Positions 1-11,486 of a stretch of DNA of 32,000 nucleotides are shown here, in pieces. The notes beneath the pieces are model-generated. The model made no database searches and was not told the origin of the DNA. It saw nothing but the letters and a program-made list of their open reading frames with translations. The position numbers and the translations under genes are program-made. This DNA is from an uncultured Actinomycetes bacterium (GTDB lineage Bacteria; Actinomycetota; Actinomycetes; S36-B12; CAIYMF01): the NCBI GenBank assembly GCA_963843975.1, contig CAWJMG010000003.1, positions 960,001 to 992,000 on the forward strand, given 5' to 3'. How positions within the stretch are numbered: the stretch's first letter is position 1; the number at the start of each line of letters is the position of its first letter.

Positions 1-386
1 CGTACGGGCTCGAGGCAGCCGACGTGCTCGGGCTGCCGGCCGAGCAGGTGTTCAAGACGCTGCTGGCCGACGTCGACGGGTCGCTCGTCGTGGCGATCGT
101 GCCGGTCGCGGGCAAGCTCCACCTCAAGGCGCTCGCGGCGGCGGTCGGTGGCAAGAAGGCCGCCATGGCCGACCCGCACCTCGCGGAGCGCACCACCGGC
201 TACGTCGTCGGCGGCATCAGCCCGCTCGGGCAGAAGAAGGCGCTCCCGACCGTGCTCGACGAGACGGCGATCCTCTACGACACGGTCTACGTGAGCGGCG
301 GGCGCCGCGGGTTCGATCTCGGCCTCGACCCGGACGACCTGATCGCCCTGACCGCCGCGATCATCGCCGACATCGCCCGCGACTGA
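1..386 (+). CDS. ybaK: Cys-tRNA(Pro)/Cys-tRNA(Cys) deacylase, YbaK/EbsC family; C-terminal part only (5' end outside the window)
   Basis: ORF 24..386 stays open in the same frame back to position 3 (..YGLEAADVLGLPAEQVFKTL..). It has YbaK-like motifs GYVVGGISPLG and VYVSGGRRG. Codon position 3 is strongly G/C. Confidence 0.7.
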   Translation, partial: YGLEAADVLGLPAEQVFKTLLADVDGSLVVAIVPVAGKLHLKALAAAVGGKKAAMADPHLAERTTGYVVGGISPLGQKKALPTVLDETAILYDTVYVSGGRRGFDLGLDPDDLIALTAAIIADIARD

Positions 387-984
387 CCGCGACTCCCGCG
401 GCCCAGCCCGGCGCTCGCCCGTGCCCTGGAGGATGCAGCTCGGCGGCCGGGACGCCGGCGCTCACCAGCAGCCAAGCGACGAGTGAGTTCGAGTTCCACA
501 TCTCCCCCGTCCGCTGCTCGTCTCGTCCCCAGACGCACGTCGGGAACGAGGGAGCCAGCTCGAGGATGCGCGCTGCGACGACGGGGTCGTCGCTCACCCG
601 CTGGACGCCGCCGACGGCGTACGCGCGGTCCGGGATGACGCCGTCGCGCCAGCAGTGCACCTCGTAGCGGAAGTACCTCGACCGCCCGAGCTGGCGCAGA
701 CCGACCGGGCCCGAGGCCACGGCACCGGCCGGCGTGTGGCCGGAGCCCCAGGCGGGCGTCATCTCCACGACGAAGCGATCGTCGCCTGCGACGACCTCCA
801 GCGCCGCGTGGAAGAGCTCGGCGCGTGGCCGATGCTCACGCCAGGCGACGAACGCCTCGTAGGCCACGCCGTTCCAGTGCACGACAGGGATCCGCGAACC
901 TGCACCGAGCGGGATCCAGAGGAGATCGACGCCGGACGCCGCCCGATGGGCCACGGTCTCGCCTCCCGTCACGATCCGGACCAC
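361..984 (-). CDS. Conserved hypothetical protein (207 aa), no domain recognised
   Basis: Single ORF with high GC3 over most of its length. The sequence is non-repetitive and globular-looking (DLLWIPLGAG.., RYFRYEVHCWRDG..). The last ~25 codons have weaker codon bias and overlap the ybaK 3' end convergently by 26 nt. An alternative GTG start lies at 954. Confidence 0.5.
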   Translation of the reverse strand: MVRIVTGGETVAHRAASGVDLLWIPLGAGSRIPVVHWNGVAYEAFVAWREHRPRAELFHAALEVVAGDDRFVVEMTPAWGSGHTPAGAVASGPVGLRQLGRSRYFRYEVHCWRDGVIPDRAYAVGGVQRVSDDPVVAARILELAPSFPTCVWGRDEQRTGEMWNSNSLVAWLLVSAGVPAAELHPPGHGRAPGWAAGVAVSRGRCRR

Positions 985-1285
985 GCGTGCCTCTCGTCGA
1001 TGCGCGCCAGCCGACGTTGGAGTGCTCTGGCACGTCGGCGAGGCGAGTCAAGCCTCGAGCTTCCCGGGCTCGGGCCTCGATCTCGAGACGGTCGAGCGCG
1101 GCGTCGACGGCGTCCATCTCGTACGCGTGCTTCCTCGAGGCCTCGAACTGCACCTCGCGGATGGCTTTCGCCGACAGCCCGCGGGCGTTGGCCAGGAACA
1201 CGTCCACCTGGGCGGCGTTGTAGCCGCGGCCCTTCGCCTTCGGGAACGCGCCCCCGGCGCGCACACCGGGCGGCAGCGCGGACAT
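836..1285 (-). CDS. Small DivIVA-domain protein; the C-terminal half of the ORF is doubtful
   Basis: The N-terminal ~75 aa (FPKAKGRGYNAAQVDVFLANAR..AYEMDAVDAALDRLEIEARAREA) match the DivIVA N-terminal motif (RGY-x-x-x-x-VD-x-FL) plus a coiled coil, with high GC3. Downstream of ~1065 the codons turn A/T-ending and Arg/Gly-rich, and the ORF overlaps the next gene by 149 nt. Confidence 0.55.
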   Translation of the reverse strand: MSALPPGVRAGGAFPKAKGRGYNAAQVDVFLANARGLSAKAIREVQFEASRKHAYEMDAVDAALDRLEIEARAREARGLTRLADVPEHSNVGWRASTRGTRGPDRDGRRDRGPSGGVRRRSPLDPARCRFADPCRALERRGLRGVRRLA

Positions 1286-1390
1286 CGGCCCTTGCGGCAG
1301 CAGCGGGGCCGCGTCGCCCTGCAGGGCGGCGAGCTTCTCCGGTGATGTCCTCGGCCTTGGGCCGCGGCCACCACGAGGTGAAGTCGGGGA

Positions 1391-2992
1391 TCAGAGGCCT
1401 CCGATGATCGGCGCGAGGATCACCTTGACGATCATCGCGACGGGGTAGACGAGCGCGTAGCCCAGGTTGACCCGCGGATCGGCTCCTGTCACGTCGTTCG
1501 CATAGGCGAGCACCGCGGGCTGCGTCTGGGTGCCGGCCATGACGCCGGCCAGCGTCGGGCCGTACGCCGCGGAGAGGCGGCGGGACACGAGCAGCCCGAC
1601 GGCGACGAGGACCGTCACGACCGCACCGGTCGCCAGGAGTCGCGGGCCGATGTCGCTGGCGAGCGCGTCGGCGAGCGCAGCGCCGGCGTTCGACCCGGCG
1701 TACGCCAGGAACATGAGCATGCCGAGCTGGGTGAGCGTGGCCGAGACCGAGTGCGGCAGCGACCACAGCACCGGGCCGGTGCGCTGCAGACGGCCGACGA
1801 CGAGGCCGACCAGGAGCGGGCCGCCCGCGATGCCGAGCGACACCACGGCACCGCCGGGAAGGGGCACGTGGATGAGCCCGACGAGCAGGCCGATGCCCAG
1901 GCCGAGGAACAGGCCGACCGGGTTGATGTCGGTGGCGCCGCGCTCGGAGTCGCCGAGGTGCTTCGCGACCTTGGTGATCGCCTCGGTCGGGCCGACGACG
2001 CGGACGCGGTCACCGAGGGCGAGCACGAAGTCGTCGGTCGCGAGGATGTCGACGTCGCCGCGGCGCACGCGGGTCGCCGTCACGTGGAACTGGCCCGGCA
2101 GGTCGAGCTCGCCGATCGTGCGACCGGCGATCGCGCGGTTCGACAGCGCGATGCGTCGGTAGTCGAGCGCGGTGCGGTCGGCGACCAGCCTCACCGTGGA
2201 CAGGTGGCCGAGGTCGGAGACGACGCGCTGGACGGTCGGGCCGTCGCCGACGACCGTGATGATGTCGCCCCGCTGCGGGTGGTACGTCGCGACCGGGAGG
2301 TCGAGCGTGCCCGGGTGCCCCGGCTCGTCGCCCGTCATGAGCCGCGAGAACACCACGTGGTGGCCGTAGCGCTCGCCGAGCGCGTCGAGGTCGGGCAGGT
2401 CGTCGAGGTCGACCCGGACCGACGCTCGCTCGAGCTTGGGCGGCGGCGCGCTGCGGTCGGCCTCGTCGGACGGCGTCTTGGTTCGCGCAGCGATGCCGGC
2501 GGCGATGAGCATGCCGAGGACGCCGAACAGGTACGTGACCGAGTAGCCGACGATGGGCTGCTCGGACTGCAGCCGCTCGGTGCTGGCCGCGAGGGCCGGC
2601 GTGTTGGTGAGCGCACCGGCGTACACGCCCGACAGAACCGGGCCGGAGAGGCCGAACAGGCTGCCGACCGCCACGGTGAGGCCGGCACCGCCGAGCAGCA
2701 GCACGGCGACGACGACGATCGTGCGCCCGCCGGTGCGCAGGGCGGAGAAGAAGGACGGGCCGGCGGCGACGCCGATGGCGTAGGCGAACAGCACGAGGCC
2801 GAAGGTGCCGACGACCTGCGGCAGCTTCAGCCGGTCGTCGTAGGCCGAGAGCGCGAGGGCCAGGAAGAGGACGGCCGCGGGGCCGAGCGAGAAGCGCTTG
2901 AACGACAGGGCGCCTACGGCGCTGCCGACCGCGAGCAGCAGACACAGCAGCACGAGCGGATTGTCGGCCAGGAGGTCTGCAAACGCTTTCAC
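1391..2992 (-). CDS. AAE (aspartate:alanine exchanger, YidE/YbjL-like) family transporter with two central TrkA-C/RCK_C domains
   Basis: 533-aa ORF with a GTG start at 2992. Hydrophobic N- and C-terminal halves (MKAFADLLADNPLVLLCLLLAVGSAVG.., ..YALVYPVAMIVKVILAPIIGGL) flank two soluble repeats (..GDIITVVGDGPTVQRV.. and ..GDRVRVVGPTEAITKV..), as is typical of TrkA-C. Confidence 0.8.
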   Translation of the reverse strand: MKAFADLLADNPLVLLCLLLAVGSAVGALSFKRFSLGPAAVLFLALALSAYDDRLKLPQVVGTFGLVLFAYAIGVAAGPSFFSALRTGGRTIVVVAVLLLGGAGLTVAVGSLFGLSGPVLSGVYAGALTNTPALAASTERLQSEQPIVGYSVTYLFGVLGMLIAAGIAARTKTPSDEADRSAPPPKLERASVRVDLDDLPDLDALGERYGHHVVFSRLMTGDEPGHPGTLDLPVATYHPQRGDIITVVGDGPTVQRVVSDLGHLSTVRLVADRTALDYRRIALSNRAIAGRTIGELDLPGQFHVTATRVRRGDVDILATDDFVLALGDRVRVVGPTEAITKVAKHLGDSERGATDINPVGLFLGLGIGLLVGLIHVPLPGGAVVSLGIAGGPLLVGLVVGRLQRTGPVLWSLPHSVSATLTQLGMLMFLAYAGSNAGAALADALASDIGPRLLATGAVVTVLVAVGLLVSRRLSAAYGPTLAGVMAGTQTQPAVLAYANDVTGADPRVNLGYALVYPVAMIVKVILAPIIGGL

Positions 2993-3109
2993 GACTCGAG
3001 CCTAGGCCCGCGCCGACGTCGGACGCCCGGGGCGCGACGCGAAGTTGCCCATGTCTCACTCCTCCCCGGACGGTGAGCCGACCCTACGCCCGCCACCGCT
3101 GACGTCGGG

Positions 3110-6658
<3,549 letters not shown>

Positions 6659-6870
6659 GGGGGCGCCCTCCAATTCTCACCGACGACGACGGCACCTGCG
6701 CACCCCGCGCGAGGCGGGGTGCAGGGCCGGCCTCCGGGTGGGACCGCGCTGCTGAGGGCAGGGGGAAGGCGGCGTCCCGGAGGGCTCTCACCCTAACCCG
6801 GGCCACCGACGGCGCCGGGGCCGCCCGGAGGGATCCCAGGTGGCTCGGCGTGTCGGTGATCTTGGTCGCG

Positions 6871-7746
6871 TCAGGGGGCCGCGAGCGCGTCCATCACGGC
6901 GTAGGTGGCGTCGTCCAGGACGACCTCGGCGGCCCGCGTGTTGTCCTCGACGTGGGCGAGGGACTTGGTGCCCGGGATGGGCAGCATCACCGGGCTGCGG
7001 CGCAGCAGCCAGGCCAGCGAGAGCTGGGCCGCGCTCGCGCCGGTGCGCTCGGCGATGGCCGCCAGCGGGCCGCCCGGCGCCGCGATCTGGCCGCTCGCCA
7101 CGGGGAACCACGGGATGAACCCGATGCCGTGGGCCTCGCAGTGCGCGAGCAGCGCCTCGCTCTGGCGGTTGGCCACGTTGTACAGGTTCTGCACCGTCGC
7201 GATGGGCACGATCCGCTGCGCAGCCTCGAGCTCCTCCACCGTCACCTCGGACAGCCCGACATGGCGCACCTTGCCCTCGCGCACCAGCTCGGCGAAGACG
7301 CCCAGCTGGTCCTCGAGCGGGACGTCCGGGTCGATGCGGTGGAGCTGGTACAGGTCGATCCGCTCCACCCCGAGCCGGCGCAGCGACATCTCGGCGCACT
7401 GACGGAGGTACGCCGGGTGCCCGACGACGGTCCACTGGTCGGGCCCCTGCCGCGTGAACCCCGCCTTGGTCGCGATGCGGACGTGGCCGTACGGGTGCAG
7501 CGCCTCGCGGATGAGGTCCTCGGACACGTACGGGCCGTAGGAGTCGGCCGTGTCGATGAAGTCCACGCCGAGCTCGACGGCGCGGCGCAGGACCGAGATC
7601 GCGCCGTCGTGGTCGTCGGGCTCGCCCCAGCGGCCCTGCCCGAGGATCTGCATGGCGCCGTACCCGAGGCGGTGGACCGGGAGGTCGCCGCCGATCGAGA
7701 ACGTGCCGGAGGCGTGGGCGGGCTGCGAGGAGGTCTCAGGGCTCAT
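6871..7746 (-). CDS. Aldo/keto reductase family oxidoreductase
   Basis: This is the C-terminal 291 codons of ORF 6871..8103. The ATG at 7746 gives MSPETSSQPAHASGTFSIGGDLPVHRLGYGAMQI.., followed by AKR signatures (VDFIDTADSYGPYVSE, IDLYQLHRID, HVGLSEV). The upstream 119 codons are Arg/Gly-rich read-through. Confidence 0.85.
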   Translation of the reverse strand: MSPETSSQPAHASGTFSIGGDLPVHRLGYGAMQILGQGRWGEPDDHDGAISVLRRAVELGVDFIDTADSYGPYVSEDLIREALHPYGHVRIATKAGFTRQGPDQWTVVGHPAYLRQCAEMSLRRLGVERIDLYQLHRIDPDVPLEDQLGVFAELVREGKVRHVGLSEVTVEELEAAQRIVPIATVQNLYNVANRQSEALLAHCEAHGIGFIPWFPVASGQIAAPGGPLAAIAERTGASAAQLSLAWLLRRSPVMLPIPGTKSLAHVEDNTRAAEVVLDDATYAVMDALAAP

Positions 7747-7865
7747 ACCGGCATCCAACCCGATCAGGTGAGACGCGCATTCCCGGGCGCGTTCGACCCA
7801 CCTGCCGCCCCGGCACCGGGCAGGATGTCGCCGTGCCCGAGGGGGGCACCTCGAACGGGGGAAGC

Positions 7866-9497
7866 ATGCACGTCCGGATCCGCCGCACCGGCGCGCTCGC
7901 CACCGCCGCCGTCGTCCTCGCGACCGGCATCGCCACGGGCACGGTCCAGCCGGCCTCCGCAGCCGCGTCCTGGCCGAGCACCGTGCTCGCGGCACCCCTG
8001 AAGAGCCTCGCGAACCCGACGTCCCTCGCGTACGCGGGCGGTCACCTGTTCGCCACCGACATCCTCGCCAGCAAGGTCCAGGTGTACGACGAGACGGGCG
8101 CACTGGTCAGGACGATCTCCCCCATCGCGAACGCCCGATCGGCCGTCGTCTCCCCCGACGGCTCCCACCTCTACGTCGCCGGGTACAGCAGCATCGTCGA
8201 GATCGACACGACGACGCTGCTCGGCACCGGCTCGTGGCAGGTCGCGCCGTGCGTCCAGGGGCTGGCGGTCACCCCGACGGCGGTCTACTACGGCTACGGG
8301 TTCGGCTGCGACGGCATGCCGCTGGGCGGGCTCAACCACATCGACCTCACGACCCGGACGGTGCACGACCCGACCACGCCCGACGTCGCCGACCTGGAAC
8401 GGGACGGGGTCCGACTGGCCTACGCCGACGGCACCCTCTGGGCTCTGGAGTACCACGGGAACCTCCGGGCCTGGGACCACAGCGGCCAGACGCTGAGCAA
8501 CCCGCGGACGACGTCGGTCGGCGTCTACGGCGGCCTCGTCATGTCGGCCCACGACTCGCGGCTCGCACTGTCCGGAGGTGGGAAGGCGACCATCTACTCG
8601 GCGTCGGACCTCTCGGTGATCCGCACCTGGACGCCGCCGGGCCAGACCATCTGGTCGGCCGCGTTCTCGCCGGACGGCTCGACGCTGGTGGCGGCCGGCT
8701 ACGGCAGCCTCGGGTTCATGGCGTGGGACACGACCACGGGCGACCCCGTGTTCACGACCGCCGCACCCGGCGGCGCCGCCATCTACTCCGAGCCGACGGA
8801 CACGGCCGTCGTGTGGAACACCGCCGGCACAGCCGTGTACACGCTGTTCCGGCAGAGCGGGAGCAACACAGATCACGCCCTCGTCGCCACCGGGCTCCAG
8901 GCGCCAGCCGCCCAGACGCTCGCGCTCACGGTGAAGGCTCCGGCGACGTACGGCGCCTACACCTCGCTCTATCTCAAGGGCAGGCCCGGCGCGACGGTGC
9001 GGCTCACGCTCTCCAGCAACAGCACGACCGTGGTGCGCACGCTGACCCTCAGCGCCACCGGCCGGGCCATCCTCACGCTCAAGCTGCTCACGAACTTCCG
9101 CGTGTCGGCCGCGACGGCCGCGACCCTTGCGTTCACCGGGAAGTCGGTCTCGGCGAAGTCCTTCGTCGTGCCGTCGCGGATGACGGTCGTGAGCTCCCCC
9201 GGCTACAAGACGGTGAACGGCGTGACCTACTACCACCGCGTCGGCGACGCGAAGCACCGCATCCGCCTCGAGCCGGCGGTGGGCGTCCGCAACGTCACCG
9301 TCACCGCATGGAAGTGGTCGGGCGGTCGCTGGGTGAAGGTCACGAACCAGGCGTTCCCCACGTCGACGGCGGGTGGCCTGATGATCACCTTCGTCAGCGT
9401 CTCGCCCCGAACGAGGTACCGCCTGACGTTCGCGTTCGTCGGCGACTGGCGCAACGGCCGCAGCAGCGCCGTGACGAAGCCGTTCATGATCGCCTGA
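7866..9497 (+). CDS. Secreted protein: N-terminal YVTN/WD40-like beta-propeller repeats plus a C-terminal beta-rich (Ig-like?) region
   Basis: The ATG at 7866 is preceded by GGGGGAAG. A signal peptide is present (MHVRIRRTGALATAAVVLATGIATGTVQPASA|AAS). Recurrent propeller-type motifs occur (VVSPDGSHLYVAGYSSIVEIDTTT; AAFSPDGSTLVAAGYGS). The C-terminal ~200 aa are rich in alternating T/V/S beta-strand patterns. Confidence 0.6.
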   Translation: MHVRIRRTGALATAAVVLATGIATGTVQPASAAASWPSTVLAAPLKSLANPTSLAYAGGHLFATDILASKVQVYDETGALVRTISPIANARSAVVSPDGSHLYVAGYSSIVEIDTTTLLGTGSWQVAPCVQGLAVTPTAVYYGYGFGCDGMPLGGLNHIDLTTRTVHDPTTPDVADLERDGVRLAYADGTLWALEYHGNLRAWDHSGQTLSNPRTTSVGVYGGLVMSAHDSRLALSGGGKATIYSASDLSVIRTWTPPGQTIWSAAFSPDGSTLVAAGYGSLGFMAWDTTTGDPVFTTAAPGGAAIYSEPTDTAVVWNTAGTAVYTLFRQSGSNTDHALVATGLQAPAAQTLALTVKAPATYGAYTSLYLKGRPGATVRLTLSSNSTTVVRTLTLSATGRAILTLKLLTNFRVSAATAATLAFTGKSVSAKSFVVPSRMTVVSSPGYKTVNGVTYYHRVGDAKHRIRLEPAVGVRNVTVTAWKWSGGRWVKVTNQAFPTSTAGGLMITFVSVSPRTRYRLTFAFVGDWRNGRSSAVTKPFMIA

Positions 9498-9571
9498 GCA
9501 GACGGCTCGGCCTTCTCATTCACAGGTGCGCCTCCGGACGGACGGCCAGGATGGGCCCCGGAGGTACGACC

Positions 9572-10807
9572 ATGACTGCGACGCCGATCGACGAGTTCGT
9601 CACGCTGTACGAGGACCTGCACACCCACCCCGAGCTCAGCTTCCAGGAGACGCGCACCGCCGGCATCGTGGCCGAGCGGCTCAGCGCCCTGGGCTTCCAG
9701 GTCACGACAGGTGTCGGGCGCACCGGCGTCGTCGGGGTGCTCGCCAACGGCGACGGGCCGCTCGTGATGCTGCGCGCCGACATGGACGCGCTCCCGGTGG
9801 AGGAGAAGACCGGCCTGCCGTACGCCAGCACCGTCCGTGCGATCGGCGAGGACGGCACCGAGGTGCCGGTCATGCACGCGTGCGGGCACGACGTCCACGT
9901 CACCTGCCTGCTCGCCGCCTGCGACCTGCTGGCGTCGGAGCGGTCGACGTGGTCGGGCACGGTCCTCGCGGTGTTCCAGCCGGCTGAGGAGACCGTGGGC
10001 GGCGCGGAGGCCATGATCGCGGACGGCATCTTCGAGCGGTTCGGCACGCCCGTCGTGGTGCTCGGCCAGCACGTGGCCCCCTTGCCGGCCGGCGCGATCG
10101 GGCTGCGCGCCGGCCCGACGTTCGCCGCTACCGACGGGCTGCGCGTGGTGCTGCACGGTCGAGGTGCCCACGGCTCCCGACCCGAGTCCTCGGTCGACCC
10201 GATCGTGATGGCCGCTGCGACCGTGCTCCGGCTGCAGACGATCGTCTCGCGGGAGGTCGCTGCGACCGAGACGGCGGTGCTCACGATCGGCACCATCCAC
10301 GCCGGGGTCGCGAACAACGTCATCCCCGACCAGGCGGAGATCGGCATCAACATCCGGACGTTCACCGAGGACGTGCGCCGCACCGTGCTCGCCGCGGTCG
10401 ACCGGATCGTGCGCGGCGAGGCCGCCACCGCGGGAGCCCCCGCAGAGCCGGAGATCCAGACGCTCATGTCCGCGCCCGCGGTCGTGAACGACCCTGACGC
10501 GGTCGCGCGCACGTCGGCGGCCCTGGCCTCGGTGGCCATGGTCGTCGACCCCGGGGTGGTCACGGGGAGCGAGGACGTGGGGATGTTCGCCACGGCGGCC
10601 GGTGCACCCTGCGTCTACTGGCTGCTCGGTGGCGCCGATCCCGCGCACTTCACCGCTCCCCCGCTGTCGGAGGAGTTCATGGCGCAGCTGCGCGCGGTGC
10701 CGTCGAACCACTCGCCGCTCTACGCCCCCGCGCCGGTGCCCACGCTCGCCATCGGTCGCGACGCCCTGGTCGCCGCTGCCCGCGCCTGGCTGTCAGGGCC
10801 TGCGTGA
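9572..10807 (+). CDS. M20/M25/M40 family amidohydrolase (hippurate hydrolase / N-acyl-L-amino-acid amidohydrolase type)
   Basis: The ATG at 9572 lies 6 nt after GGAGG (9561-9565). The protein starts MTATPIDEFVTLYEDLHTHPELSFQE and contains MHACGHDVH, GTVLAVFQPAEE and other M20D-type metal-binding motifs. The upstream part of ORF 8234..10807 is read-through. Confidence 0.85.
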   Translation: MTATPIDEFVTLYEDLHTHPELSFQETRTAGIVAERLSALGFQVTTGVGRTGVVGVLANGDGPLVMLRADMDALPVEEKTGLPYASTVRAIGEDGTEVPVMHACGHDVHVTCLLAACDLLASERSTWSGTVLAVFQPAEETVGGAEAMIADGIFERFGTPVVVLGQHVAPLPAGAIGLRAGPTFAATDGLRVVLHGRGAHGSRPESSVDPIVMAAATVLRLQTIVSREVAATETAVLTIGTIHAGVANNVIPDQAEIGINIRTFTEDVRRTVLAAVDRIVRGEAATAGAPAEPEIQTLMSAPAVVNDPDAVARTSAALASVAMVVDPGVVTGSEDVGMFATAAGAPCVYWLLGGADPAHFTAPPLSEEFMAQLRAVPSNHSPLYAPAPVPTLAIGRDALVAAARAWLSGPA

Positions 10808-11430
10808 CCCTCGCGCTCGCGCTGCGCCACGCGACGCCGGATGACGCCGCCGCGATCCGCGGCATCTGCCTGCGCACCGGTGACGCTGGGCGCGACGCCA
10901 CAGCCCTGCACGCGGACCCGGACCTCCTCGGGCTGGTATGGGCTCAGCCGTATCTCGAGCTCGAGGCCGCCCACGCGCTCGTCGCGGAGGACGAGCGTGC
11001 CCGCCGGCTGGGCTACGTGCTCGCCACGCCCGACTCGCGCTCCTTCGAGGAGCGCGCGGAGGCGTCGTACTGGCCGGACCTGCGCCTGCGCTACCCCCTC
11101 GGGCCGGTGAGCGGGCGTACGGCGGCCGACGAGGAGGCCGTGGTGCTCGTGCACCGGCCGCCGACGGCGCCCGGCCCGCTGCTGGGCACCCACCCCGGGC
11201 ACCTGCACGTCGACCTGCTGCCCGAGGCGCAGGGTCGGGGCGCCGGCCGTGCGCTGGTGTCGGCCGCACTCGACTCGCTGCGGGAGGCGGGGTGCGTCGG
11301 CGCGCACGTCGGCGTCGACCCGGGCAACGTGCCGGCCCTCGGCTTCTACCGGCGCCTGGGCTTCCTGGATCTCGCGAGCGCGCCCGACGTGGTGCACCTC
11401 GGCGTACGCCTCGGTGCCGGCGCGGAATAG
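10804..11430 (+). CDS. GNAT family N-acetyltransferase
   Basis: The GTG start overlaps the M20 stop (GTGA at 10804-10807). The N-terminus (LRHATPDDAAAIRGI) and the acetyl-CoA motif A (QGRGAGRALVSAAL) are present, and the protein ends with a NVPALGFYRRLGF beta-bulge region. Confidence 0.75.
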   Translation: MTLALALRHATPDDAAAIRGICLRTGDAGRDATALHADPDLLGLVWAQPYLELEAAHALVAEDERARRLGYVLATPDSRSFEERAEASYWPDLRLRYPLGPVSGRTAADEEAVVLVHRPPTAPGPLLGTHPGHLHVDLLPEAQGRGAGRALVSAALDSLREAGCVGAHVGVDPGNVPALGFYRRLGFLDLASAPDVVHLGVRLGAGAE

Positions 11431-11486
11431 AACGACGTCCGCCCGGGTTGCCGGTTCAACGACTTCATCGACGGCAGGGGCAGACC

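Noticed and set aside
1050-1066. A shared sequence context, CGGGAAGCTCG, occurs at the suspected frame problem in the DivIVA-domain ORF and at yggT shift site 1 (19704-19714), and AGCTCG occurs at yggT site 2. This was considered as a possible systematic, motif-linked sequencing error or a modification motif.
   Set aside because: GAGCTCG/AAGCTCG-type strings (Glu/Lys-Leu codon pairs) are among the commonest words in this window and occur many times inside intact genes. Three cases are not enough to call a motif. It is only worth testing with raw reads.
6700-6722. A 9-bp GC hairpin (GCACCCCGC-GCGAG-GCGGGGTGC) lies between the AKR stop and the dnaE start.
   Set aside because: It is short, has no U-tract and sits in a GC-rich spacer where such stems arise by chance. 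It cannot be assigned as a terminator or a leader structure from sequence alone.
6871-8103. Long N-terminal extensions in the ORF track. Examples are AKR 410 aa, lspA ORF 12876..14657 at 593 aa, ftsQ ORF 23336..24931 at 531 aa, M20 ORF 8234..10807 at 857 aa, and the murC, murG, ftsW, sepF and yggS ORFs.
   Set aside because: The extensions are Arg/Pro/Gly-rich read-through across upstream genes or spacers. Internal starts with SD sequences or 4-nt stop/start overlaps give proteins of normal family length.
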